Below, one piece after another: positions 48,701 to 61,574 of a stretch of 64,000 bases of DNA. Location: assembly GCA_950097015.1 (NCBI GenBank), contig CATNEN010000011.1, positions 4,836,001-4,900,000 of the forward strand, in the 5' to 3' direction. The first letter of the stretch is position 1. Every line of letters starts with the position of its first letter. The notes under the pieces are model-generated. The model had not been told where the DNA came from. It saw only the letters and a program-made list of their open reading frames with translations, and searched no databases. Both the position numbers and the translations under genes were made by a program. The stretch comes from Macrostomum hystrix. Lineage: Eukaryota; Animalia; Platyhelminthes.

Positions 48701-51700
48701 AGTGTTATCTATTAGACAGAAGAATTATCTGTTAGACAGGAGTGTTATCTGTTAGACAGAAGAATTATCTGTTAGACAGGAGTGTTATCTGTTAGACAGG
48801 AGTGTTATCTGTTAGACAGGAGTGTTATCTGTTAGACAGAAGAATTATCTGTTAGACAGGAGTGTTATCTGTTAGACAGAAGAACTATCTGTTAGACAGG
48901 AGTGTTATCTGTTAGACAGGAGTGTTATCTGTTAGACAGGAGTGTTTTCTGTTAGACAGAAGAATTATCTGTTAGACGGGAGTATTATCTGTTAGACAGG
49001 AGTGTTTTCTGTTAGACAGGAGTGTTATCTGTTAGACAGGAGTGTTTTCTGTTAGACAGAAGAATTATCTGTTAGACGGGAGTATTATCTGTTAGACAGG
49101 AGTGTTTTCTGTTAGACGGGAGTGTTATCTGTTAGACAGGAGTGTTTTCTGTTAGACAGAAGAATTATCTGTTAGACGGGAGTATTATCTGTTAGACAGG
49201 AGTGTTTTCTGTTAGACGGGAGTGTTATCTGTTAGACGGGAGTGTTTTCTGTTAGACAGAAGAATTATCTGTTAGACGGGAGTATTATCTGTTAGACAGA
49301 AGAATTATCTGTTATACGGGAGTGTTATCTGTTAGACAGAATAATTATCTGTTATACGAGAGTGTTATCTGTTAGACAGAAGAATTATCTGTTAGACAGG
49401 AGTGTTATCCGTTAGACAGAAGAATTATCTGTTAGACAGGAGTGTTATCTGTTAGACAGAAGAATTATCTGTTAGACAGGAGTGTTATCTGTTAGACAGG
49501 AGTGTTATCTGTTAGACAGGTCGTCATATTTTAGACACTAGCGGGAGCAGTTTGCAAGACAGACGGACATAAATTGTATCCAATATAACAAATGAAATTG
49601 AGCAGCCAATTTTAAGCTTTAATCTCAGTTTCTAGGAAACCATTTAGTCAAATTATCGCTTTAAGGCAAAGCTTTCATAAAATTGATTCAATTTGATAAT
49701 TGAGTCATTTCTCAGTGTCTAAATCTAAAATCTTCGGTTTCAATATGGCAATTAAATTTGATTAAATTAGCTAATAGCTGATGAAGATCATCAATTTAAT
49801 GGAAGCTTTGCATTTTCGCTCGCGAGTCTAAATCATCGTGTCAGGTGGACTCTGACTGACTGTTGAAAATGCCCGCTTGGATTTCATGATTTCGCATTTT
49901 TTTACCAGCGGTTGATGATGATGACTCAAGTGGAAGGATGCGGAACTGCAGCTTGGGACTAGTAAAAAGCAATCGAGGATGAAGACTTCAAATCAAGTGT
50001 CATTCACAATGAGCCACTTCCCCACTTCAGCCAATGGGGCTTCTGGCGCATACATGTATATATATGGAGTGTCTGTGACTGTTTTGTTGCCAAGATAAAA
50101 AAACACACTTGCACGAGAGTAATTGAAGACCGTAATTAATATCTAGATAATTTTCAATGAGTTTGTAAAGTGCAAGTAAATAATTATGGCCTAGCATGGC
50201 TGTCTAATCTAGTTAAATAAGCTGACACCTAAATAACTAATATGATTCTAATACCCACAGACTCACCTGACACCCCCTTCACTCACCTGGCACCCCACAG
50301 ACTCACCTGACACCCCACAGACTCACCTGGCACCCCATAGACTCACCTGACACCCCACAGACTCACCTGACACCCCACAGACTCACCTGACACCCCACAG
50401 ACTCACCTGACACCCCACAGACTCACCTGACACCCCATAGACTCACCTGGCACCCCATAGACCTACCTCTTCTATTACGCAGCTCGGCCCGTCGCTTCAC
50501 AAACAGGAAGACAACGGTGAGGATTAGAATGAGCAGCACCAGAATAGCCAGCGATGCCACCAGCAGTACAATCAGGCTTGACAGCTCCGAACTGACCCCG
50601 GGTGTCGCACCGCTTCCACCGCGCCCGCCGACGCCTGCAGTTCCGCGATCATCAGCGGCGTGATTTCTTGCCCCGGCAGCCGCAGCGCCGGCGCCAGCAA
50701 AGCCGACACCGCTGTTATCGGGTCCGACAAGGACGCAAATCTTGATGAAGCTTGTTCGCTTCAGAGGCTTTGGTTGGCCCTGATCCGCAGCCTCCAGGTG
50801 AAGCTTGAACTCGAAAAATCGCCTACCGGTGGCAACCAGAGGCGACAAACTTCGGGCCAATCGAAGGAGACCGCTCAGCGGGTCCAGGTTGAAGTAGGCG
50901 GCTGCTCCGGATGCGGCCCCCAGCAGCCGGTAGGTCACATTCCCGTTGGCGCCTGCGTCGTCGTCTTTGGCAATGATTTTGGCGAAATCGGTGCCTGGTG
51001 CCATTGTACTGCTGATGTTTACCTGCAAGGTCGCGAGCGATCGCCACGAGATATTTTGTGTGCCTCCTCTAAATGTTTTGGCGTCCCTACCCCAGTCCAT
51101 GGACTGAACAGCTGTACACAGACTTTGGAAGCGCCGTACAATAGCTACGGCCGGGCTACTGGCTTAACTGTAGGAAGACCCTGGTGACAATAACCAGTAA
51201 CATTGCTTTGTTTAAAATTCTATGGTGAATCCTATTGGTTCAATAATAAAGAAATGTTTATACAATAATATAAGATTGTATAATGCTTTGGGCCTCACCT
51301 TGCAGGAATCGTTCATGTTGTCTGGAAACAGAAACCTCGGCGGTGTGTCGTTGACGTCACCGACTAGGACCGTCAGTTGAAACTCCGAGCTAAGACTTGG
51401 CGTGCCGGAGTCTGTCACAATGATCCTGAGCTGGTGGACGCTCTCCTGCTCGCGATCCAGCGAAAACATCAGCTTCAGGTTGCCCCAGTGATCGATGCGA
51501 AACTTTCCGCTGCCGCGATTGTTGTCATTGACAACGGAGAACTTCAGCATGGAATGCGAGTCCGGCTTGTCAGCATCGCTGGCGTTGATGCAAAGCACCG
51601 TAGTTCCTGGCGGAGTGTCCTCCGGCACGGTGATCTGACGCGGCGTGCCCTCTGCCACCATAGGCCGGTTGTCGTTCTCGTCAATCACGTCGATCTTCAC

Positions 51701-54015
51701 CTCGACGGTGGCCGAGTAGCCAGGTGGCTCCGTGTTGAAAGCAACCACTTTCAGCATCAGCTGGTCTTGAACCTCTCGATCGAAGGCACGTCGACTGGTG
51801 AGCTCGCCGCTCCTTGGATGCACCACGGCGTCCGGCGAGTCTTCCGGTTCCAGACGGTAGCGCACGATGTTGTTTGGCGTCGCGTCCGCGTCGTCGGCTC
51901 TGACGAAGCCGAGCTGCGCGCCGGGCGGGCTGTTCTCGCGCAGCTTGAAAGTGTAACTCGGCTGCAGCCACACCGGCGGATTGTCGTTAATGTCGTCGAC
52001 GATAATTCGCACCTGAATGTTTTATTCGTTGTTCGTTATTTTAGGACAGAACTTATGACAACTTAAACTTGAAGTACTTTTATTGACTTCAAGCTGGGGT
52101 TGGTCGGGCCACTTTTTGGCCAAGTTAATGGTCGCTAACGGTCTCTGCGGCTCGCTCTGAGAAACTCAAGAAGCTGTGGGAGTCTACTCATTAACTTTGT
52201 GCTTTTACCTATTTTCTTTGTATTATTTACAATGGATTATGGATAATGGCAAATCAAATTGAAACAGACGCAACTAGCGAGGAGGCAGTTCTGCTCACTT
52301 TGCTGATCCCTGAGCACACAGGCTTACGCAAGCACACACTCGCAAATGTGTGCACATCTGCCCTGACTTTCTCATCTTCAGGCAGTGTGCAGGCAGTGGG
52401 CAGTGTAAATTGCGCGAACCTATCATTGGTTGGCGCTGAAATCACAAAAAGTCTTGAGGCTAACCTCGACAGAGCTGGACCTCGGCGTTGGTTCTCCACC
52501 GTCGCGACAGACGACCATCACATTGTGATGACTAGCCGCCTCTCTATCGAAATTCGTGCTAGCGTACAGGTGATAGATGAGGCCGCCCTGACTGGTGAGT
52601 CGCTGCTTCGACTGAAGGCCGAAGTCGCCGCCTCGACCGGTTTCGCTGCCGTGCAGGAAGCACTCGGCGACGCCGTTGGTCCCATCGTCCTTATCCGACG
52701 CGTGCACAAAACCCAGCGTTTTGTCGCTGGTATACTGGACATTTTCACGGACACGAATGATGGAGTTCGGGCCGACGCCCTGGCCGCGAACTTCGATGTC
52801 GGGACTATGGTCGTTCACGTCGACTACGGTCACCTGATGGGAGATCAATCAGGGCGCGTGCTAGGTAAACAGTGAAATTATTTGTACTAGGAGCTATTCA
52901 AGCCTCACCTTCAGAAGAATCTCGCTGGACAGACTCGGGTTGCCGTTATCGAATGCAACGATGGTCAGATCGAGTTTGTTGCTGCCACCCTTCACATACC
53001 TGAGGCGCCTGATTAGTGACACCTGGCCAGTGTACTGGTTGACCATGAACGGACTGTCTCGCTGTGCCAGCCTGTACTTGACCCGCGCATTCGCTCCGTC
53101 GTCTTTGTCCAGTGCGAGCACGCTGAACAAGTCGGCATTCAACCGAGAGTCCTCCCGTATCGACACCTCCGTGCCGCTGATGTTAACGAATTCCGGTCGG
53201 CAATCGTTGACATCGGCCACGCTGACATTCAACGCAACTGTCGTCGCGTTGCCGTCGCCGTCTTCGGCGATGAGATGCAGCTGGTGCCACGAGCGCGACT
53301 CCCTGTCCAGCGGCTGAAGATTGACCAGCTCGAGCTTCTGAACCCTGTAGCCGTTCCATCGCGCATCGGCGTCGCGAGTGATCCGGAGCTCGAACACGCC
53401 GCTGTGCTCGCGCAGTCGGTAGTCCACCACGGCGTTCCGTCCCCAGTCGGCGTCTTCGGCCAGCTCCAGCGGCACACTCTCTCCGGTGCGATTGGTCTCG
53501 AGAAACTGCAGAGAATAGCGCGGCAATTTGAATCTGGGCCGATGGTCGTTCAGATCGGCGATGAGCACGGTGAGCTCCGGGGAGACCAGTTTGCCGCTGA
53601 CTCGACTGCTAGCTGTGACGAGAAAGTTCAGCTCGCAAACTGGGACTCGATATTCGGGCCCGAGGTGGCGCATGCTGGCATCGCAGCAGAGGCCCCGGCT
53701 CTGGCACAGCTGGTCGCGATCGATGCGCTCCGTGGTGACCAGAAGACTTGAGTCCGTGCGACTCATTCTCAGAGGAATCAGCGACAGCTTGCTCTGGTCC
53801 TTGGTGTAGTACAGGTCCACGGTGACATTGTTGAGCTCCTCGACTGTCATGTCCCGTCGGAGCAGGTTGCGAATGCTTCCCACAGAAGCTCCAGCCGGTC
53901 GCTTCTCGTCGATTTGCAAGACGAAAGCAGACTGGGACAGCAGGCTCAGTGCTAGGCCGCCCGGTAGTAGGAGGGAGACTGACAGCAGGAGACACACCAG
54001 GTTCCGAGTGGCCAT
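45739..54015 (-). CDS. Protocadherin with about 7 EC repeats, ~1127 aa (exons 52909-54015, 52465-52833, 51299-52012, 50467-51022, 49906-49958, 47548-47764, 45739-46106)
   Basis: Signal peptide; repeated cadherin motifs DLNDHRP, DVNDCRP, DVNDHSP, DINDNPP, DENDNRP, DVNDTPP, LDRE/FDRE, DADxGxN; TM LIVLLVASLAILVLLILILTVVFLFV; exon phases 0,0,0,1,0,1 are consistent; Q-rich tail. Confidence 0.9.
46360..46530 (+). mobile_element. Family A tRNA-derived SINE copy in a protocadherin intron
   Basis: cgaggtccctaagctcgattccgcggcgaggccaca...gggcagatgtacacacctgtgt. Confidence 0.7.
46987..47485. repeat. 19-bp minisatellite (cccgctgccttatctgaca)
   Basis: Tandem units read directly. Confidence 0.95.
48265..49520. 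repeat. 20-bp minisatellite (gagtgttatctgttagacag and variants), about 60 copies with higher-order blocks
   Basis: Tandem units in register at 20-nt spacing. Confidence 0.95.
50258..50466. repeat. 20-bp minisatellite made of splice-donor-like units (minus strand caggtgagtctgtggggtgt)
   Basis: About 9-10 units starting at the donor of the protocadherin TM exon. Confidence 0.9.
52270..52420 (-). mobile_element. Family A SINE fragment in a protocadherin intron
   Basis: gcgaggaggcagttctgctcactttgctgatccctgagcacac...acatctgccctgactttctcatc. Confidence 0.7.
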
Positions 54016-54584
54016 GTGTCTCGAATTCTGTGATAAATTGCGGTCAACAATGATAATTGACCGTTGAGTGACAGTAAATAATGCGTGACAAAGTTAACTC
54101 TGCAAGGCAGCATAGCCAATCAGCTTCATCCCTTACTGAATAATCAGAACGGGACACGCGTAAGATTACGAACGTACAGCACGGCACAGGAAACACATCC
54201 CAAGATAGCCCCCGAGCAAAAGGATAAGTTGCTAACGGATTGATTGATCGATTGATAAATGGGAGAAGATCCCCAAACTGTGCCCGGAGCTGGGTAAAAT
54301 GAATATGGACGCTATATGGAGTTCGGCTCAATGGATCAGACTGCTCAGGCTGAAGAGAGTTTGCGAGCTGGCAAGAGTAACCCCTTGCCTGAGTGAGTAA
54401 CGTGGGAGTGTTTTCGCTTGGGGGGCTGACAGAGAAGAAGGGGGAGTCTTACATGGAAAATATGATTTTTTTCCTGGCAATTTCGGATTTTCTGACTGAG
54501 ATTTTTTTCCTTTTGTATCTTTTGCAGCCAGGTGCATGTAAATTTAAGTAGAATGAATTTTATATCCCATTCTTGGAAACAGGG

Positions 54585-55265
54585 AATTGCTAATCTATCC
54601 CTTTCTAGAGTAGAATGGATTGCTAATCTATCCCTTTCTAGTATAGAATGGATTGCTAATCTATCCCATTCTAGTATAGAATGGGATTCCTAATCTATCC
54701 CAATCTAGTATAGAATGGATTGCTAATCTATCCCATTCTAGAGTAGAATGGATTGCTAATCTATCCCAGTCTAGTATAGAATGGATTGCTAATCTATCCC
54801 ATTCTAGAGTAGAATGGATTGCTAATCTATCCCATTCTAGAGTAGAATGGATTGCTAATCTATCCCATTCTAGTATAGAATGGATTGCTAATCTATCCCA
54901 TTCTAGTATAGAATAGATTGCTAATCTATCCCATTCTAGTATAGAATGGGATTCCTAATCTATCCCAATCTAGTATAGAATGGATTGCTAATCTATCCCA
55001 TTCTAGTATAGAATAGATTGCTAATCTATCCCATTCTAGTATAGAATGGGATTCCTAATCTATCCCAATCTAGTATAGAATGGATTGCTAATCTATCCCA
55101 TTCTAGAGTAGAATGGATTGCTAATCTATCCCAGTCTAGTATAGAATGGATTGCTAATCTATCCCATTCTAGTATAGAATGGATTGCTAATCTATCCCAT
55201 TCTATAGTAGAATGGATTGCTAATCTATCCCATTCTAGTATAGAATGGATTGCTAATCTATTCCA
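54585..55265. repeat. 33-bp minisatellite with internal inverted repeats (atcccattctagtatagaatggattgctaatct), about 20 copies
   Basis: Tandem units; ccattcta-gta-tagaatgg is a perfect 8-bp stem. Confidence 0.95.
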
Positions 55266-55763
55266 TTCGATAAAAGCTTAGTACTGATCTTATTAAACGG
55301 TTGAACTCGATTTAATCATCACTAGAAATGTCTTCATTCCCAAAATTATGTTTGCATTTTATGTCCCACTCAGTTTGCAAATCTCCAGCAAGTCCACTCG
55401 AAGCTTGAGTCAACAGTTTTTTAAAAAGATTTTTAACAATTTTTTTTAATTCTCCAATAATTTTGTGAACTGTATTTTTCACATTTCTGGTTTGAGAGCT
55501 TCCTTCGCCTCCAGTAGAAAAAAAGAGTACGAATGAGGAAATCAGGAAATAGCCACACGTACTAGGTTTAATGGTCGAACAGGAAAAGAATAGCATTGAA
55601 CCATTTCTTTCTGGTTGGCTAGGCTCAGCGGCCACCCCAATAATTTTATGAGTTTATGACCCTTTTCCCCATTGCGTGGAGCCCAGCTAGCTATGCTCAT
55701 ACGCAGCATCTATGAGCATAGCTATATTATTGCCATAGCTTAAGTAGAACCACAAACCCAGTA

Positions 55764-55795
<32 letters not shown>

Positions 55796-58299
55796 CCCGT
55801 GGCCGGATGAGAACTTAAGAAGCGGGCAATGAAGGGGTGGCAAATAATGCAGGCCAAGTAGGAGGAGAGAATGGGAAGCAGAAGAGGGAGACGCGAAGGG
55901 GGGAATGGGTTCTTAAGCTTCCTGCCTTCTTTTATTATTGTTCGAAAGTCGAGAGAGGCGGAGGAGAGACAGACAGCTGGAAAGAAGAAAGAGGAAAGAG
56001 GAAGGAGCGAAAAGATTTTTTTATAGAGGCTGATTTTTATGAGACCCTTTCAGATTTTTATTGTCAGTCCTGAGCTCAGGGACCATGAGCTGGTCTCTGC
56101 CTGACTGCCTTCACAGCTGTGGCGTCAAAGTGGAACACCCAATTTTTTTTTCTAGGGCCTGTCATTTCTAACAGTTTTTTGTTGCTATGCTAAACAAATT
56201 GGTTTCTTTTTTTAATTTACATGAAGCGGATTAGATAAAAATGATCAAGAAACAACCTCTACATACTGCCTGGGTGATGACTGCACAATAAACCACTGAT
56301 TAGTGACAGTGGAAATTATTATTTAAATGACGCTGTCAAACTTATAGTGCATATAGTTCCGAATTGACTTGTTCAAGCTAAATTGTTCAAAGCACAAAGC
56401 ATAAAATGAAGGACGCGGTCAGCATGGTTACTACCATGGTAAGGAACCGGAATCGCAATGTCCTGTCACACAGAGGCTGAACAGGACTTGACATGGAAGC
56501 GGTCAGCTGGACACAGCCCGGGCGGGGTTGGTAAATTGAGAAAAAATTGAAGTCTTAAGTGGCATTTCTGACATTTCTTCTTTGCGGAAGAAATCTTTGC
56601 TTTGGTCTAAACCAGCCAGCGATGCGAACAGCAGCTGTCAGACTGCTTACTGTTCTGCCCCATTCATCCAATAGTAATAAAAAGTGGATCTTAAAAAGTA
56701 TGGAATAGCGTAAATGTTCATGGGAATCTGCTGGACTTATTGTAACACATATCTAGCCAGGGTATCGCTATATTCTATAGAAAGTTGAACGAATTGGACT
56801 AAAAAAAAGTTTGCCAACCGAAACGCGCCGAAAACAGTAGCGTCCTCTTACATTTCCAGAAATTTGAAAGGCCTACCACCCCCTAGGGTCTTCTGGTCTC
56901 CAGAGGGCTGAGGCAGCTGACGGACAGTCATCAAACAGAGCCCTCTATGCCTAGCCCGCCCTCGGCATCCAATGGGGGCAAATGGGAAATTTCTCACGCA
57001 GCTAAGAAACTAAATTGTTTTTTGCAAAATTGTTTTGAACAATTTCTTATCGGAGGGGAAAGTGATGCCGGAAAATAATGCGTTTCTTAACATTCTCTTC
57101 CCAGTGCATTTGTCCCAGAAATCTAGATTCCGGATTTATCAGATTAACAATTTAGGTCGATCAGAAGATAATTTTATCCCCAAAGATTAATTTGGTGTCG
57201 GAAACATAGTTGCTGTTTAATCGCACCCAGAGGTTGAAAAAAATAAGTTAGGATTTAATTCCACCCTCAGGCTTATAGGTTGGGCCCACTGACAAGAAAT
57301 GTATCTATGCTCAACATTTTATTGAGTCTGGTGTTGAAATTCTGGCGCCACTGAGCACAAAGACCCCCCCGGCGGCATAGTCTGGTCCTCTATTCTTGCC
57401 AATTTCTCCCAATTGTGTCAGCTCATGCGTTATGTCAGATGCGAGGGAAAAGAAGGATGGATTGAGCTGTCCTTCAAGACATTGCGTGACGCTGCTGTGA
57501 TTCCTTCAGCCCCGACTCAGCAGCCATAACCTTAGCCCTATAAACCAGCTTGCTTGCTTGCTTGCACAGCTTTTAATAGATGCCGGGAGGGAGAGAGAAG
57601 GGACGATGGGGGTTATAAGAATCAAGGCTTCTATAGGACCTGAACTGTGTGTGTGTGTGTCTGTGTGTGTCAGATAGCTTTAAATTTGAAGCAAGTTAGC
57701 AAGAGCTAACTCGCATTTTAAAGATTTTTACCTATATAGAAAAGAAGAAGACACATTTAAGAAATCTGTTGTCAGGGCGGATAAAAAAAGAAAAGTTTGA
57801 TTGTAAATTAGCATTTAGGCGGGCGGGTGACGCTGTGACAGGGCGGGATTTGACGGAATGCAAACAAGCGAGTGGCTTGCTACGGCCTGGGTCTGTCACG
57901 TGAAGCCATGTTTAAGCCTTTTAATCCTATTGCCATTAAAAATGGGATTCTTTTCTTTTGCTTTCGGAAAGCAGGATTAGCTCATTGCCTATTTAGTCCA
58001 TGATTTCGGGGACATGCTAATCTTGTCTGTCAAAGTCCCCTTTTCTGAGGTGGCGAAGGAAGCCCTTGCACAAGAGACCCGGTGGTGCGGGCAGCGATCG
58101 GGCAGGGTCTAGTGTCCATGAGAAACAGGTACTGGAATGAGGGCTTCATAGACAAGAAGAGCACAATGCTGATAAGATATTATATATTAAAGAAGACTTA
58201 TATTTATAGTAAGAAACTACCTAAAAACTGAATTTTAGTGGAAACAAATATATTGACGCTACAACTCATTTCAAATCAGTCGAGACAGAACAGTCAAGA

Positions 58300-59100
58300 C
58301 GGGGAGATATGAGACAAAAGAGAGATCAGGCAGGAGAGATGATACATACGAGAGATGAGAGAATCAAGAGATAAGACGCGAAAGATATGAGTCTAGGGAT
58401 AGATAAGATTGGAGAGAGATGAGACATGGGAGATATGAGACACCGGAGAGATGAGACTAGAAAGAGATGAGACTAGAAAGAGATGAGACTAGAAAGAGAT
58501 GAGACTAGAAAGAGATGAGACTAGAAAGAGATGAGACTAGAAAGAGATGAGACTAGGAAAAGATAGAGACTACAGTGAGAGAGGGACAAGGGATAGATAG
58601 AGACTAGGGTGAGATGGGACAACGTAGAGATAAGACGCGAAAGAGATGAGACGGGAGAGATAAGACTAGAGAGAGATAAGACTAGAGAGAGATAAGACTA
58701 GAGAGAGATAAAACTAGGGAGAGACAAGTCTAGAGAGAGATAAGACTAGGGAGAGATAAGACTAGGGAGAGATAAGACTAGAGAGAGATAAGACTAGAGA
58801 GAGATAAGACTAGAGAGAGATAAGACTAGGGAGAGATAAGACTAGGGAGAGATAAGGCTAGGGAGAGATAAGACTAGGGAGAGATAAGACTAGAAAGAGA
58901 TAAGACTAGGGAGAGATAAGACTAGGGAGAGATAAGACTAGGGAGAGATAAGACTAGAGAGAGATAAGACTAGAAAGAGATAAGACTAGGGAGAGATAAG
59001 ACTAGGGAGAGATAAGGCTAGGGAGAGATAAGACTAGGGAGAGATAAGACTAGAGAGAGATTAGACACTTGAGAGATGAGACTAGGGAGAGATGAGATAA
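58300..59100. repeat. 16-bp purine-rich minisatellite (gagataagactaggga)
   Basis: Tandem units read directly. Confidence 0.95.
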
Positions 59101-59599
59101 GATGAGGTTGCAGGGGCCCATGGGGCGTGATTCAGAAGCATCGAGGCCATAGCTTGCCGACTCCTGATTTCAGTGCACACCCAGGCCAAATAGCAGGCAC
59201 ACTACGCTATTACAGAATAGTGCAATGAGGCGCTGTATAATAATTTATCGAAAGTCCAGGGTTCTTAAATGATTACAGCTACATCAGCAGTTCTCTAATT
59301 AGCTGTAGAAGCTTCGCTTGCTTCAACATCGAATGGGCCAACTAAAGCAAACTAAAGCTGATTAATACTGCCAGAAGTTATAAGACTAGTAGCTAGGCAT
59401 TTAAGCTAAATTGCTAGCAATACAATAAGTCAATATGCTAGCATAGCTTAGTTATAGAAATAATAGATTATAGAAATTATGGCAAACACAGTTCTTCTGG
59501 GCACAGCTGTTCTGTCCATGGACCTCATGGTCCAAGATTTGAATCCGCGACCTTTCAATTAGGAGTCTTCACTTTTACAAAGTCATGCACTAAATCGAA

Positions 59600-59880
59600 G
59601 GACGGGTCGCGTAGCAAAGCGGTATTAACTCGTTTGCCTCTCGCAACAAGGTCCCGAGCTCGACTCCGCGGCGAGGTCACGTTTCTATGGGGGCGCAGCC
59701 TCTGAGAGAAGGCTTGCGGGCTTGTCTCGTGCGACCTTGAGGACCAACCTCCAAGGCACAGTGAGAGCCTACACTGCCTGACGATGAGAAAGTCAGGGCA
59801 GATGTACACACCTGTGTGAGCGTATGCTCAGGAGTCAGTGGAATGGACAGAATTGCCCCTCGCTAGCTGCGGTGATAACT
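59600..59880 (+). mobile_element. Family A tRNA-derived SINE, best-preserved copy, with Pol III boxes
   Basis: A-box TAGCAAAGCGG (59612-59622) fits TRGCNNARYGG; B-box-like GAGCTCGACTCC (59656-59667); body shared with the other copies. Confidence 0.75.
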
Positions 59881-60219
59881 CTCTTGCAATTATCATCATC
59901 ATTGTGTAGCAGTTTTCATTTATCAGTCATGAAAAATATCTTCGACAAAGAGCCAGTAGCATCAACAGTTACTTGTAAGCTGATCGCCTTAATCAAAGCA
60001 ATCATAAAAAATATCGGAATAAAAAAGGGAATGTAAATGAAGGAGATTGCCGCTGCTGCTGCCGCTGCTGCTGCTGAGACTGTATCAGAATCGGAACCAC
60101 AGCATATGTCTAAGCAGTCGCCTGTTCAATCTGTGTAGAGATACTGGCCTACATGCAGAATTTGTCTATTGCATTCTTGTGTAATTCATCTCATCTTATC
60201 AAGCGATGAGTGGCACCTC

Positions 60220-60325
60220 TTTGCCAAGTTGTCAAGAGGTCGATTTCGCGGCGAGGCCACCTGCGTACAGTATCCGAGTGTGTGCTCAGGAGTCAGCGGA
60301 ATGGGCAGAATTGCCTCGTCGTTGA
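60220..60325 (+). mobile_element. Family A SINE, internally deleted copy
   Basis: Head (gtcgatttcgcggcgaggccac) joined directly to tail (gtgtgtgctcaggagtcagcggaatgggcagaattgcctc). Confidence 0.65.
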
Positions 60326-60819
60326 TGTACTGTTGCCAACATTACGATTCTCTTAATATACCTCACACAGATTTCCAATAAAAAAATCAAGTTAAATAAA
60401 GAACGACTCACAAAATAGTTTGCCGTAACCTTAATACAAGGCTTAAGTCAGTGTTTATCGCTTCAAAACTTTTCGAGTTTATCAAATGAAGAAGTTTTTG
60501 TTAATTATTCTTGATTTTCTTAAGCAATGATGAGAACATCGGATTAAATTTCGGGCATCGCGGATGTGGGCAGATTTAGAACCGTTGCTCATTCTAGGCC
60601 CCTATTGGCTGACAGATTTCAACCAATCAGGGGGCAAACCAATAATTGTTGTCTAATGCAAACGAAACGGCACTTTTTGCATCAGATATACATTTTTATA
60701 ACAGTTATTCTTGTTATACTGTATTTATAATTGTGTACTTACATTACTTACAATTACATAAATGCGTTAATGAAGTTTTTTATTATTTTGTAAAAAAACT
60801 GTTTATCAAATCACGTTAA

Positions 60820-61140
60820 ACTGTTTGAGTCTTTTATCCAGTCAAATTTTGTTTAATCACACTGAATTGAGTTCATCAAGTCATATTTCGTGTTTAATCA
60901 CTCCAATTGAATTTATAAATTCATATTTCGTGTTTAACCACACTAATTGAGTTTATACATCAATATTTTGCGTTCAATCACACCCAGTTGAATTTTTTGT
61001 CGTATATAGCGCTTGTCGATAACGGATTGAGTTTATTCAGACATAGTTTGTGTTTATTGGTACAAGATTGAGTTTATTCAGACATAGTTTGTGTTTATTG
61101 GTACAAGATTGAGTTTATTCAGACATAGTTTGTGTTTATT
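60820..61140. repeat. 41-bp tandem repeat: 3 near-perfect copies at 61025-61140 preceded by degenerate copies
   Basis: gattgagtttattcagacatagtttgtgtttattggtacaa repeated. Confidence 0.85.
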
Positions 61141-61574
61141 GATTTTACTAAAGCTTGGGCAGTCGATAGTAACCACTATCGTCACACTTGATGAATCTGT
61201 CACACTTGAAACACTCGAATCTTAATAGGTTTGAGTCCAACGTTTTGAGCAACGGAACACAATTAATTTCATTAAACGCCGGTTAAATTAAATTCGAATA
61301 AATTTATCTCTTAAACACTTGAAGCTACTTATAAGCTACTTACTGAGGCGAGTAGGCATGTCAGTGAAAAATTCTCTATACCTCTTAAGGCTCGATCGAA
61401 CTACAATCAAATAAATCGTTTTTAAGCATACTTGCGTGATTTTTTTATTAGATCGCACTTCCCATAACTAATGAACAAATTAACCATTATCAACAGTAGA
61501 AGGAACACAACATTATTATTTTTTGTATCGCCCAAAATCTGAGACAAAATGACTAAGAATCCGATATAACGAGA

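Noticed and set aside
59600-59680. tRNA gene
   Set aside because: A and B boxes are present, but the sequence continues into a dispersed repeat body and I could not fold a full cloverleaf; treated as a SINE head.
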